Below, in pieces: positions 26,228-40,204 of a stretch of 61,655 nt of DNA; positions within the stretch are counted from its first letter, which is position 1, and each line of letters opens with the position of its first letter. A model generated the notes under the pieces. It worked only from the letters and a program-made list of their open reading frames with translations, searched no databases and had not been told where the DNA came from. The DNA lies in contig JAUCBJ010006190.1 of the NCBI GenBank assembly GCA_032718475.1, positions 1 to 61,655 of the forward strand, in the 5' to 3' direction. This stretch comes from Nemertoderma westbladi. Lineage: Eukaryota > Animalia > Xenacoelomorpha. The translations under genes were made by a program, and so were the position numbers.

Positions 26228-29200
26228 GTGGATCTGGTTGCAGGTACAACGTAGACATACAAATAGGTAGATGGATCTGGATGCAGGGCAGGCACACGGA
26301 TACAACGTAGACATATAAATAGGTAGATGGAACTGGGTGCAGGGCAGGGCAGGCACACGGATACAACGTAGACATATAAATAGGTAGATGGATCTGGATG
26401 CAGGGCAGGCACACGGATACAACGTAGACATATAAATAGGTAGATGGAACTGGGTGCAGGGCAGGGCAGGCACACGGATACAACGTAGACATATAAATAG
26501 GTAGATGGATCTGGGTGCGGAGCAGGCACACGGGTACAACGTAGATACATAGATAGGTAGGTGGATCTGGGTGCGGAGCAGGGCAGGCACACGGGTACAA
26601 CGTAGATACATAGATAGGTAGGTGGATCTGGGTGCGGAGCAGGGCAGGCATACGGGTACAACGTAGATACATAGATAGGTAGGTGGATCTGGGGGCGGGG
26701 CAGGGCAGGCACACGGGTACAACGTAGATACATAGATAGGTAGGTGGATCTGGGTGCAGGACAGGGCAGGCACACGGGTACAACGTAGATACATAGATAG
26801 GTAGGTGGATCTGGGGGCGGGGCAGGGCAGGCATACGGGTACAACGTAGATACATAGATAGGTAGGTGGATCTGGGTGCGGGGCAGGGGCACGGGTACAA
26901 CGTAGATACATAGATAGGTAGGTGGATCTGGGTGCGGAGCAGGGCAGGCATACGGGTACAACGTAGATACATAGATAGGTAGGTGGATCTGGGGGCGGGG
27001 CAGGGCAGGCACACGGGTACAACGTAGATACATAGATAGGTAGGTGGATCTGGGTGCGGAGCAGGGCAGGCACACGGGTACAACGTAGATACATAGATAG
27101 GTAGGTGGATCTGGGTGCGGGGCAGGGCAGGCACACGGGTACAACGTAGATACATAGATAGGTAGGTGGATCTGGGTGCGGAGCAGGGCAGGCACACGGA
27201 TACAACGTAGATACATAGATAGGTAGGTGGATCTGGGTGCGGGGCAGGGCAGGCACACGGGTACAACGTAGATACATAGATAGGTAGGTGGATCTGGGTG
27301 CGGAGCAGGGCAGGCATACGGGTACAACGTAGATACATAGATAGGTAGGTGGATCTGGGTGCGGAGCAGGGCAGGCATACGGGTACAACGTAGATACATA
27401 GATAGGTAGGTGGATCTGGGTGCGGGGCGGGGCAGGCACACGGATACAACGTAGATACATAGATAGGTAGGTGGATCTGGGTGCGGAGCAGGGCAGGCAC
27501 ACGGGTACAACGTAGATACATAGATAGGTAGGTGGATCTGGGTGCGGGGCGGGGCAGGCACACGGGTACAACGTAGATACATAGATAGGTAGGTGGATCT
27601 GGGTGCGGGGCGGGGCAGGCACACGGATACAACGTAGATACATAGATAGGTAGGTGGATCTGGGTGCGGAGCAGGGCAGGCACACGGGTACAACGTAGAT
27701 ACATAGATAGGTAGGTGGATCTGGGTGCGGGGCGGGGCAGGCACACGGGTACAACGTAGATACATAGATAGGTAGGTGGATCTGGGTGCGGAGCAGGGCA
27801 GGCATACGGGTACAACGTAGATACATAGATAGGTAGGTGGATCTGGGTGCGGGGCGGGGCAGGCACACGGGTACAACGTAGATACATAGATAGGTAGGTG
27901 GATCTGGGTGCGGAGCAGGGCAGGCACACGGGTACAACGTAGATACATAGATAGGTAGGTGGATCTGGGTGCGGAGCAGGGCAGGCACACGGGTACAACG
28001 TAGATACATAGATAGGTAGGTGGATCTGGGTGCGGAGCAGGGCAGGCACACGGGTACAACGTAGATACATAGATAGGTAGGTGGATCTGGGTGCGGAGCA
28101 GGGCAGGCACACGGGTACAACGTAGATACATAGATAGGTAGGTGGATCTGGGTGCGGGGCGGGGCAGGCACACGGGTACAACGTAGATACATAGATAGGT
28201 AGGTGGATCTGGGTGCGGAGCAGGGCAGGCATACGGGTACAACGTAGATACATAGATAGGTAGGTGGATCTGGGTGCGGGGCGGGGCAGGCACACGGGTA
28301 CAACGTAGATACATAGATAGGTAGGTGGATCTGGGTGCGGGGCGGGGCAGGCACACGGATACAACGTAGATACATAGATAGGTAGGTGGATCTGGGTGCG
28401 GAGCAGGGCAGGCACACGGGTACAACGTAGATACATAGATAGGTAGGTGGATCTGGGTGCGGGGCGGGGCAGGCACACGGGTACAACGTAGATACATAGA
28501 TAGGTAGGTGGATCTGGGTGCGGAGCAGGGCAGGCATACGGGTACAACGTAGATACATAGATAGGTAGGTGGATCTGGGTGCGGGGCGGGGCAGGCACAC
28601 GGGTACAACGTAGATACATAGATAGGTAGGTGGATCTGGGTGCGGGGCGGGGCAGGCACACGGGTACAACGTAGATACATAGATAGGTAGGTGGATCTGG
28701 GTGCGGGGCGGGGCAGGCACACGGATACAACGTAGATACATAGATAGGTAGGTGGATCTGGGTGCGGAGCAGGGCAGGCACACGGGTACAACGTAGATAC
28801 ATAGATAGGTAGGTGGATCTGGGTGCGGGGCGGGGCAGGCACACGGGTACAACGTAGATACATAGATAGGTAGGTGGATCTGGGTGCGGAGCAGGGCAGG
28901 CATACGGGTACAACGTAGATACATAGATAGGTAGGTGGATCTGGGTGCGGGGCGGGGCAGGCACACGGGTACAACGTAGATACATAGATAGGTAGGTGGA
29001 TCTGGGTGCGGAGCAGGGCAGGCACACGGGTACAACGTAGATACATAGATAGGTAGGTGGATCTGGGTGCGGAGCAGGGCAGGCACACGGGTACAACGTA
29101 GATACATAGATAGGTAGGTGGATCTGGGTGCGGAGCAGGGCAGGCACACGGGTACAACGTAGATACATAGATAGGTAGGTGGATCTGGGTGCGGGGCGGG

Positions 29201-32200
29201 GCAGGCACACGGGTACAACGTAGATACATAGATAGGTAGGTGGATCTGGGTGCGGAGCAGGGCAGGCACACGGGTACAACGTAGATACATAGATAGGTAG
29301 GTGGATCTGGGTGCGGGGGCAGGCACACGGGTACAACGTAGATACATAGATAGGTAGGTGGATCTGGGTGCAGGAGCAGGGCAGGCACACGGGTACAACG
29401 TAGATACATAGATAGGTAGGTGGATCTGGGTGCGGAGCAGGGCAGGCAAACGGGTACAACGTAGATACATAGATAGGTAGGTGGATCTGGGTGCGGGGCG
29501 GGGCAGGCACACGGGTACAACGTAGATACATAGATAGGTAGGTGGATCTGGGTGCGGGGCGGGGCAGGCACACGGGTACAACGTAGATACATAGATAGGT
29601 AGGTGGATCTGGGTGCGGAGCAGGGCAGGCACACGGGTACAACGTAGATACATAGATAGGTAGGTGGATCTGGGTGCGGGGCGGGGCAGGCACACGGGTA
29701 CAACGTAGATACATAGATAGGTAGGTGGATCTGGGTGCGGAGCAGGGCAGGCATACGGGTACAACGTAGATACATAGATAGGTAGGTGGATCTGGGTGCG
29801 GGGCGGGGCAGGCACACGGGTACAACGTAGATACATAGATAGGTAGGTGGATCTGGGTGCGGGGCGGGGCAGGCACACGGATACAACGTAGATACATAGA
29901 TAGGTAGGTGGATCTGGGTGCGGAGCAGGGCAGGCACACGGGTACAACGTAGATACATAGATAGGTAGGTGGATCTGGGTGCGGGGCGGGGCAGGCACAC
30001 GGGTACAACGTAGATACATAGATAGGTAGGTGGATCTGGGTGCGGAGCAGGGCAGGCATACGGGTACAACGTAGATACATAGATAGGTAGGTGGATCTGG
30101 GTGCGGTGCGGGGCAGGCACACGGGTACAACGTAGATACATAGATAGGTAGGTGGATCTGGGTGCGGGGCGGGGCAGGCACACGGGTACAACGTAGATAC
30201 ATAGATAGGTAGGTGGATCTGGGTGCGGGGCGGGGCAGGCACACGGATACAACGTAGATACATAGATAGGTAGGTGGATCTGGGTGCGGAGCAGGGCAGG
30301 CACACGGGTACAACGTAGATACATAGATAGGTAGGTGGATCTGGGTGCGGGGCGGGGCAGGCACACGGGTACAACGTAGATACATAGATAGGTAGGTGGA
30401 TCTGGGTGCGGAGCAGGGCAGGCATACGGGTACAACGTAGATACATAGATAGGTAGGTGGATCTGGGTGCGGGGCGGGGCAGGCACACGGGTACAACGTA
30501 GATACATAGATAGGTAGGTGGATCTGGGTGCGGAGCAGGGCAGGCACACGGGTACAACGTAGATACATAGATAGGTAGGTGGATCTGGGTGCGGAGCAGG
30601 GCAGGCACACGGGTACAACGTAGATACATAGATAGGTAGGTGGATCTGGGTGCGGAGCAGGGCAGGCACACGGGTACAACGTAGATACATAGATAGGTAG
30701 GTGGATCTGGGTGCGGGGCGGGGCAGGCACACGGGTACAACGTAGATACATAGATAGGTAGGTGGATCTGGGTGCGGAGCAGGGCAGGCACACGGGTACA
30801 ACGTAGATACATAGATAGGTAGGTGGATCTGGGTGCGGGCGGGCAGGCACACGGGTACAACGTAGATACATAGATAGGTAGGTGGATCTGGGTGCAGGGC
30901 AGGGCAGGCACACGGGTACAACGTAGATACATAGATAGGTAGGTGGATCTGGGTGCGGAGCAGGGCAGGCACACGGGTACAACGTAGATACATAGATAGG
31001 TAGGTGGATCTGGGTGCGGGGCGGGGCAGGCACACGGGTACAACGTAGATACATAGATAGGTAGGTGGATCTGGGTGCGGGGCGGGGCAGGCACACGGGT
31101 ACAACGTAGATACATAGATAGGTAGGTGGATCTGGGTGCGGGGCGGGGCAGGCACACGGGTACAACGTAGATACATAGATAGGTAGGTGGATCTGGGTGC
31201 GGAGCAGGGCAGGCACACGGGTACAACGTAGATACATAGATAGGTAGGTGGATCTGGGTGCGGGGCGGGGCAGGCACACGGGTACAACGTAGATACATAG
31301 ATAGGTAGGTGGATCTGGGTGCAGGACAGGGCAGGCACACGGGTACAACGTAGATACATAGATAGGTAGGTGGATCTGGGTGCGGGGGCAGGCACACGGG
31401 TACAACGTAGATACATAGATAGGTAGGTGGATCTGGGTGCAGGACAGGGCAGGCACACGGGTACAACGTAGATACATAGATAGGTAGGTGGATCTGGGTG
31501 CGGAGCAGGGCAGGCACACGGGTACAACGTAGATACATAGATAGGTAGGTGGATCTGGGTGCGGGGCGGGGCAGGCACACGGGTACAACGTAGATACATA
31601 GATAGGTAGGTGGATCTGGGTGCGGGGCAGGGCAGGCACACGGGTACAACGTAGATACATAGATAGGTAGGTGGATCTGGGTGCGGGGCAGGGCAGGCAC
31701 ACGGGTACAACGTAGATACATAGATAGGTAGGTGGATCTGGGTGCGGAGCAGGGCAGGCACACGGGTACAACGTAGATACATAGATAGGTAGGTGGATCT
31801 GGGTGCGGGCAGGGCAGGCACACGGGTACAACGTAGATACATAGATAGGTAGGTGGATCTGGGTGCGGACAGGGCAGGCACACGGGTACAACGTAGATAC
31901 ATAGATAGGTAGGTGGATCTGGGTGCGGGGCAGGGCAGGCACACGGGTACAACGTAGATACATAGATAGGTAGGTGGATCTGGGTGCGGGGCGGGGCAGG
32001 CACACGGGTACAACGTAGATACATAGATAGGTAGGTGGATCTGGGTGCAGGACAGGGCAGGCACACGGGTACAACGTAGATACATAGATAGGTAGGTGGA
32101 TCTGGGTGCGGAGCAGGGCAGGCACACGGGTACAACGTAGATACATAGATAGGTAGGTGGATCTGGGTGCGGGGCGGGGCAGGCACACGGGTACAACGTA

Positions 32201-35200
32201 GATACATAGATAGGTAGGTGGATCTGGGTGCGGAGCAGGGCAGGCACACGGGTACAACGTAGATACATAGATAGGTAGGTGGATCTGGGTGCAGGACAGG
32301 GCAGGCACACGGGTACAACGTAGATACATAGATAGGTAGGTGGATCTGGGTGCGGGGCAGGGCAGGCACACGGGTACAACGTAGATACATAGATAGGTAG
32401 GTGGATCTGGGTGCGGCAGGGCAGGCACACGGGTACAACGTAGATACATAGATAGGTAGGTGGATCTGGGTGCAGGACAGGGCAGGCACACGGGTACAAC
32501 GTAGATACATAGATAGGTAGGTGGATCTGGGTGCAGGACAGGGCAGGCACACGGGTACAACGTAGATACATAGATAGGTAGGTGGATCTGGGTGCAGGGC
32601 AGGGCAGGCACACGGGTACAACGTAGATACATAGATAGGTAGGTGGATCTGGGTGCGGAGCAGGGCAGGCACACGGGTACAACGTAGATACATAGATAGG
32701 TAGGTGGATCTGGGTGCGGGGCAGGGCAGGCACACGGGTACAACGTAGATACATAGATAGGTAGGTGGATCTGGGTGCGGGGCAGGGCAGGCACACGGGT
32801 ACAACGTAGATACATAGATAGGTAGGTGGATCTGGGTGCGGGCGGGCAGGCACACGGGTACAACGTAGATACATAGATAGGTAGGTGGATCTGGGTGCGG
32901 GGCAGGGCAGGCACACGGGTACAACGTAGATACATAGATAGGTAGGTGGATCTGGGTGCGGGCAGGGCAGGCACACGGGTACAACGTAGATACATAGATA
33001 GGTAGGTGGATCTGGGTGCGGGGCAGGGCAGGCACACGGGTACAACGTAGATACATAGATAGGTAGGTGGATCTGGGTGCGGGGCGGGGCAGGCACACGG
33101 GTACAACGTAGATACATAGATAGGTAGGTGGATCTGGGGGCGGGGCAGGGCAGGCACACGGGTACAACGTAGATACATAGATAGGTAGGTGGATCTGGGT
33201 GCGGGGCAGGGCAGGCACACGGGTACAACGTAGATACATAGATAGGTAGGTGGATCTGGGTGCGGAGCAGGGCAGGCATACGGGTACAACGTAGATACAT
33301 AGATAGGTAGGTGGATCTGGGTGCGGGGCAGGGCAGGCACACGGGTACAACGTAGATACATAGATAGGTAGGTGGATCTGGGTGCGGAGCAGGGCAGGCA
33401 CACGGGTACAACGTAGATACATAGATAGGTAGGTGGATCTGGGTGCGGGGCAGGGCAGGCACACGGGTACAACGTAGATACATAGATAGGTAGGTGGATC
33501 TGGGTGCGGGGCGGGGCAGGCACACGGGTACAACGTAGATACATAGATAGGTAGGTGGATCTGGGTGCGGAGCAGGGCAGGCACACGGGTACAACGTAGA
33601 TACATAGATAGGTAGGTGGATCTGGGTGCGGGGCGGGCAGGCACACGGGTACAACGTAGATACATAGATAGGTAGGTGGATCTGGGTGCGGAGCAGGGCA
33701 GGCACACGGGTACAACGTAGATACATAGATAGGTAGGTGGATCTGGGTGCGGAGCAGGGCAGGCACACGGGTACAACGTAGATACATAGATAGGTAGGTG
33801 GATCTGGGTGCGGGGCAGGGCAGGCACACGGGTACAACGTAGATACATAGATAGGTAGGTGGATCTGGGTGCGGGGCAGGGCAGGCACACGGGTACAACG
33901 TAGATACATAGATAGGTAGGTGGATCTGGGTGCGGAGCAGGGCAGGCACACGGGTACAACGTAGATACATAGATAGGTAGGTGGATCTGGGTGCGGGGCG
34001 GGGCAGGCACACGGGTACAACGTAGATACATAGATAGGTAGGTGGATCTGGGTGCGGAGCAGGGCAGGCACACGGGTACAACGTAGATACATAGATAGGT
34101 AGGTGGATCTGGGTGCGGGGCGGGGCAGGCACACGGGTACAACGTAGATACATAGATAGGTAGGTGGATCTGGGTGCGGGGCGGGGCAGGCACACGGGTA
34201 CAACGTAGATACATAGATAGGTAGGTGGATCTGGGTGCGGAGCAGGGCAGGCACACGGGTACAACGTAGATACATAGATAGGTAGGTGGATCTGGGTGCG
34301 GGGCGGGGCAGGCACACGGGTACAACGTAGATACATAGATAGGTAGGTGGATCTGGGTGCGGAGCAGGGCAGGCACACGGGTACAACGTAGATACATAGA
34401 TAGGTAGGTGGATCTGGGTGCGGGCGGGGCAGGCACACGGGTACAACGTAGATACATAGATAGGTAGGTGGATCTGGGTGCGGGGCGGGGCAGGCACACG
34501 GGTACAACGTAGATACATAGATAGGTAGGTGGATCTGGGTGCGGGGCAGGGCAGGCACACGGGTACAACGTAGATACATAGATAGGTAGGTGGATCTGGG
34601 TGCGGAGCAGGGCAGGCACACGGGTACAACGTAGATACATAGATAGGTAGGTGGATCTGGGTGCGGGGCGGGGCAGGCACACGGGTACAACGTAGATACA
34701 TAGATAGGTAGGTGGATCTGGGTGCGGAGCAGGGCAGGCACACGGGTACAACGTAGATACATAGATAGGTAGGTGGATCTGGGTGCGGGGCGGGGCAGGC
34801 ACACGGGTACAACGTAGATACATAGATAGGTAGGTGGATCTGGGTGCGGAGCAGGGCAGGCACACGGGTACAACGTAGATACATAGATAGGTAGGTGGAT
34901 CTGGGTGCGGAGCAGGGCAGGCACACGGGTACAACGTAGATACATAGATAGGTAGGTGGATCTGGGTGCGGAGCAGGGCAGGCACACGGGTACAACGTAG
35001 ATACATAGATAGGTAGGTGGATCTGGGTGCGGGGCGGGGCAGGCACACGGGTACAACGTAGATACATAGATAGGTAGGTGGATCTGGGTGCGGAGCAGGG
35101 CAGGCACACGGGTACAACGTAGATACATAGATAGGTAGGTGGATCTGGGTGCGGGGCGGGCAGGCACACGGGTACAACGTAGATACATAGATAGGTAGGT

Positions 35201-38200
35201 GGATCTGGGTGCAGGACAGGGCAGGCACACGGGTACAACGTAGATACATAGATAGGTAGGTGGATCTGGGTGCGGAGCAGGGCAGGCAAACGGGTACAAC
35301 GTAGATACATAGATAGGTAGGTGGATCTGGGTGCGGGGCGGGGCAGGCACACGGGTACAACGTAGATACATAGATAGGTAGGTGGATCTGGGTGCGGGGC
35401 GGGGCAGGCACACGGGTACAACGTAGATACATAGATAGGTAGGTGGATCTGGGTGCGGGGCGGGGCAGGCACACGGGTACAACGTAGATACATAGATAGG
35501 TAGGTGGATCTGGGTGCGGAGCAGGGCAGGCACACGGGTACAACGTAGATACATAGATAGGTAGGTGGATCTGGGTGCGGGGCGGGGCAGGCACACGGGT
35601 ACAACGTAGATACATAGATAGGTAGGTGGATCTGGGTGCGGAGCAGGGCAGGCACACGGGTACAACGTAGATACATAGATAGGTAGGTGGATCTGGGTGC
35701 GGCGGGCAGGCACACGGGTACAACGTAGATACATAGATAGGTAGGTGGATCTGGGTGCAGGGCAGGGCAGGCACACGGGTACAACGTAGATACATAGATA
35801 GGTAGGTGGATCTGGGTGCGGAGCAGGGCAGGCACACGGGTACAACGTAGATACATAGATAGGTAGGTGGATCTGGGTGCGGGGCGGGGCAGGCACACGG
35901 GTACAACGTAGATACATAGATAGGTAGGTGGATCTGGGTGCGGGGCGGGGCAGGCACACGGGTACAACGTAGATACATAGATAGGTAGGTGGATCTGGGT
36001 GCGGGGCGGGGCAGGCACACGGGTACAACGTAGATACATAGATAGGTAGGTGGATCTGGGTGCGGAGCAGGGCAGGCACACGGGTACAACGTAGATACAT
36101 AGATAGGTAGGTGGATCTGGGTGCGGGGCGGGGCAGGCACACGGGTACAACGTAGATACATAGATAGGTAGGTGGATCTGGGTGCAGGACAGGGCAGGCA
36201 CACGGGTACAACGTAGATACATAGATAGGTAGGTGGATCTGGGTGCGGAGCAGGGCAGGCACACGGGTACAACGTAGATACATAGATAGGTAGGTGGATC
36301 TGGGTGCGGGGCGGGGCAGGCACACGGGTACAACGTAGATACATAGATAGGTAGGTGGATCTGGGTGCAGGACAGGGCAGGCACACGGATACAACGTAGA
36401 TACATAGATAGGTAGGTGGATCTGGGTGCGGAGCAGGGCAGGCACACGGGTACAACGTAGATACATAGATAGGTAGGTGGATCTGGGTGCGGGGCGGGGC
36501 AGGCACACGGGTACAACGTAGATACATAGATAGGTAGGTGGATCTGGGTGCGGAGCAGGGCAGGCACACCGGTACAACGTAGATACATAGATAGGTAGGT
36601 GGATCTGGGTGCAGGACAGGGCAGGCACACGGGTACAACGTAGATACATAGATAGGTAGGTGGATGTGGGTGCGGGGCGGGGCAGTCACACGGGTACAAC
36701 GTAGATACATAGATAGGTAGGTGGATCTGGGTGCGGGGCAGGCACACGGGTACAACGTAGATACATAGATAGGTAGGTGGATCTGGGTGCAGGACAGGGC
36801 AGGCACACGGGTACAACGTAGATACATAGATAGGTAGGTGGATCTGGGTGCAGGACAGGGCAGGCACACGGGTACAACGTAGATACATAGATAGGTAGGT
36901 GGATCTGGGTGCAGGACAGGGCAGGCACACGGGTACAACGTAGATACATAGATAGGTAGGTGGATCTGGGTGCGGAGCAGGGCAGGCACACGGGTACAAC
37001 GTAGATACATAGATAGGTAGGTGGATCTGGGTGCGGGGCAGGGCAGGCACACGGGTACAACGCAGATACATAGATAGGTAGGTGGATCTGGGGGCGGGGC
37101 AGGACAGGCACACGGGTACAACGTAGATACATAGATAGGTAGGTGGATCTGGGTGCGGGGCAGGCACACGGGTACAACGTAGATACATAGATAGGTAGGT
37201 GGATCTGGGTGCGGGGCAGGGCAGGCACACGGGTACAACGTAGATACATAGATAGGTAGGTGGATCTGGGTGCGGGGCAGGCACACGGGTACAACGTAGA
37301 TACATAGATAGGTAGGTGGATCTGGGTGCGGGGCAGGGCAGGCACACGGGTACAACGTAGATACATAGATAGGTAGGTGGATCTGGGTGCGGGGCGGGGC
37401 AGGCACACGGGTACAACGTAGATACATAGATAGGTAGGTGGATCTGGGGGCGGGGCAGGGCAGGCATACGGGTACAACGTAGATACATAGATAGGTAGGT
37501 GGATCTGGGTGCGGGGCAGGGGCACGGGTACAACGTAGATACATAGATAGGTAGGTGGATCTGGGTGCGGAGCAGGGCAGGCATACGGGTACAACGTAGA
37601 TACATAGATAGGTAGGTGGATCTGGGGGCGGGGCAGGGCAGGCACACGGGTACAACGTAGATACATAGATAGGTAGGTGGATCTGGGTGCGGAGCAGGGC
37701 AGGCACACGGGTACAACGTAGATACATAGATAGGTAGGTGGATCTGGGTGCGGGGCAGGGGCACGGGTACAACGTAGATACATAGATAGGTAGGTGGATC
37801 TGGGTGCGGGGCGGGGCAGGCACACGGGTACAACGTAGATACATAGATAGGTAGGTGGATCTGGGTGCGGAGCAGGGCAGGCACACGGGTACAACGTAGA
37901 TACATAGATAGGTAGGTGGATCTGGGTGCGGGGCAGGGCAGGCACACGGGTACAACGTAGATACATAGATAGGTAGGTGGATCTGGGTGCGGAGCAGGGC
38001 AGGCACACGGGTACAACGTAGATACATAGATAGGTAGGTGGATCTGGGGGCGGGGCAGGGCAGGCACACGGGTACAACGTAGATACATAGATAGGTAGGT
38101 GGATCTGGGTGCGGAGCAGGGCAGGCACACGGGTACAACGTAGATACATAGATAGGTAGGTGGATCTGGGTGCGGGGCAGGGGCACGGGTACAACGTAGA

Positions 38201-38340
38201 TACATAGATAGGTAGGTGGATCTGGGTGCGGGGCGGGGCAGGCACACGGGTACAACGTAGATACATAGATAGGTAGGTGGATCTGGGTGCGGAGCAGGGC
38301 AGGCACACGGGTACAACGTAGATACATAGATAGGTAGGTG
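26228..38340. repeat. 61-bp G-rich minisatellite array
   Basis: Unit GGGTACAACGTAGATACATAGATAGGTAGGTGGATCTGGGTGCGGAGCAGGGCAGGCACAC, roughly 200 copies. The first five units are diverged. Confidence 0.98.
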
Positions 38341-38768
38341 CCATAGCATAGGGCAGAGGTACATATAATAAGGTACAGAGGGTACGTGACAAGTCCATAG
38401 GAACTTCTCATTCTAACAATATTAACCATTTTAACACTATTGGGGGAAATTATTTCGAGATATGGAATAGAACATAAAAACGTAAGTGTTTTACGAGAAT
38501 CATAGAAGATGAATAGAGTAGATAAATACATGGATGGTAGATAAACCTTGGGTTAGGATTGCTGGATCAGTCAGGCGCGGGTTATATGTAATAATCTACA
38601 GCAGCGGTGGGGGATAAAGGAAAGAAAACAAAGCGGCTTTCATAAAAGATAGTAGTATGAATTATATATTATTACGTTTGAATGTTATACTATAAAAAAA
38701 ATCAAAGGGTACACAAGTAATAAAAATGTAAATAAATAATTTGTCCAGAAACCTTTTCAGCGAAGCCA

Positions 38769-39822
38769 TTATTGCTCGGGTATTTTTTCCGCTACAGTTT
38801 AGCTCTGTTATTGCTCGGGTATTTTCTCCCCTACAGTTTAGCTCTGTTATTGCTCGGGTATTTTTTCCCCTACAGTTTAGCTCTGTTATTGCTCGGGTAT
38901 TTTTTCCCCTACAGTTTAGCTCTGTTATTGCTCGGGTATTTTTTCCCCTACAGTTTAGCTCTGTTATTGCTCGGGTATTTTTTCCCCTACAGTTTAGCTC
39001 TGTTATTGCTCGGGTATTTTTTCCCCTACAGTTTAGCTCTGTTATTGCTCGGGTATTTTTTCCCCTACAGTTTAGCTCTGTTATTGCTCGGGTATTTTTT
39101 CCACTGCAGTTTAGCTCTGTTATTGCTCGGGTATTTTTTCCCCTGCAGTTTAGCTCTGTTATTGCTCGGGTATTTTTTCCCCTACAGTTTAGCTCTGTTA
39201 TTGCTCGCGTATTGTTTCCCCTACAGTTTAGCTCTGTTATTGCTCGGGTATTTTTTCCCCTACAGTTTAGCTCTGTTATTGCTCGGGTATTTTTTCCCCT
39301 ACAGTTTAGCTCTGTTATTGCTCGGGTATTTTTTCCCCTACAGTTTAGCTCTGTTATTGCTCGGGTATTTTTTCCCCTACAGTTTAGCTCTGTTATTGCT
39401 CGGGTATTTTTTCCCCTACAGTTTAGCTCTGTTATTGCTCGGGTATTTTTTCCACTGCAGTTTAGCTCTGTTATTGTTCGGGTATTTTTTCCCCTACAGT
39501 TTAGCTCTGTTATTGCTCGGGTATTTTTTCCCCTACAGTTTAGCTCTGTTATTGCTCGGGTATTTTTTCCCCTACAGTTTAGCTCTGTTATTGCTCGGGT
39601 ATTTTTTCCCCTACAGTTTAGCTCTGTTATTGCTCGGGTATTTTTTCCCCTACAGTTTAGTTCTGTTATTGCTCGGGTATTTTTTCCCCTACAGTTTAGC
39701 TCTGTTATTGCTCGGGTATTTTTTCCCCTACAGTTTAGCTCTGTTATTGCTCGGGTATTTTTTCCCCTACAGTTTAGCTCTGTTATTGCTCGGGTATTAT
39801 TTCCCCTACAGTTTAGCTCTGT
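38769..39822. repeat. 39-bp minisatellite, 27 copies
   Basis: Unit TTATTGCTCGGGTATTTTTTCCCCTACAGTTTAGCTCTG; 1054 bp = 27x39+1. Confidence 0.98.
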
Positions 39823-40204
39823 CGTTTAATTTTTCGCGTAGATTAAACTGCTTGGGGGATATTTGTGCAAACATTTTCTAGTGACCACATCAGTAAATGA
39901 TAAAAGAGCACTATTATATACAAATTCCTTAAATGTAATTAAAATATAGGCCTAATGTGATTGTAATGGAATTATAATAAAGAATAAACATTGAAAGATT
40001 ATTATATTTAATTATTATTATTAATAATTATTATTATTAATATTATTATTAATAAGATATTATAAATTGTTATATTTTATTATATTTTTATTATTGTTAA
40101 CCACAAAAGATTTCTAAGCCCCACCACGAAAGATCTTCCTCAATAAACCCATCCATTTGCAGTTAAGTGTAAAACCCTGGGTTCAATTACAGCATGACAA
40201 ATTC

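Noticed and set aside
26071-38531. Three giant minus-strand ORFs (4097, 4112 and 3482 aa)
   Set aside because: The 61-bp unit is not a multiple of 3, so all frames cycle through the same peptide. Indels are tolerated freely. The ORFs exist only because the unit lacks stop triplets on that strand.
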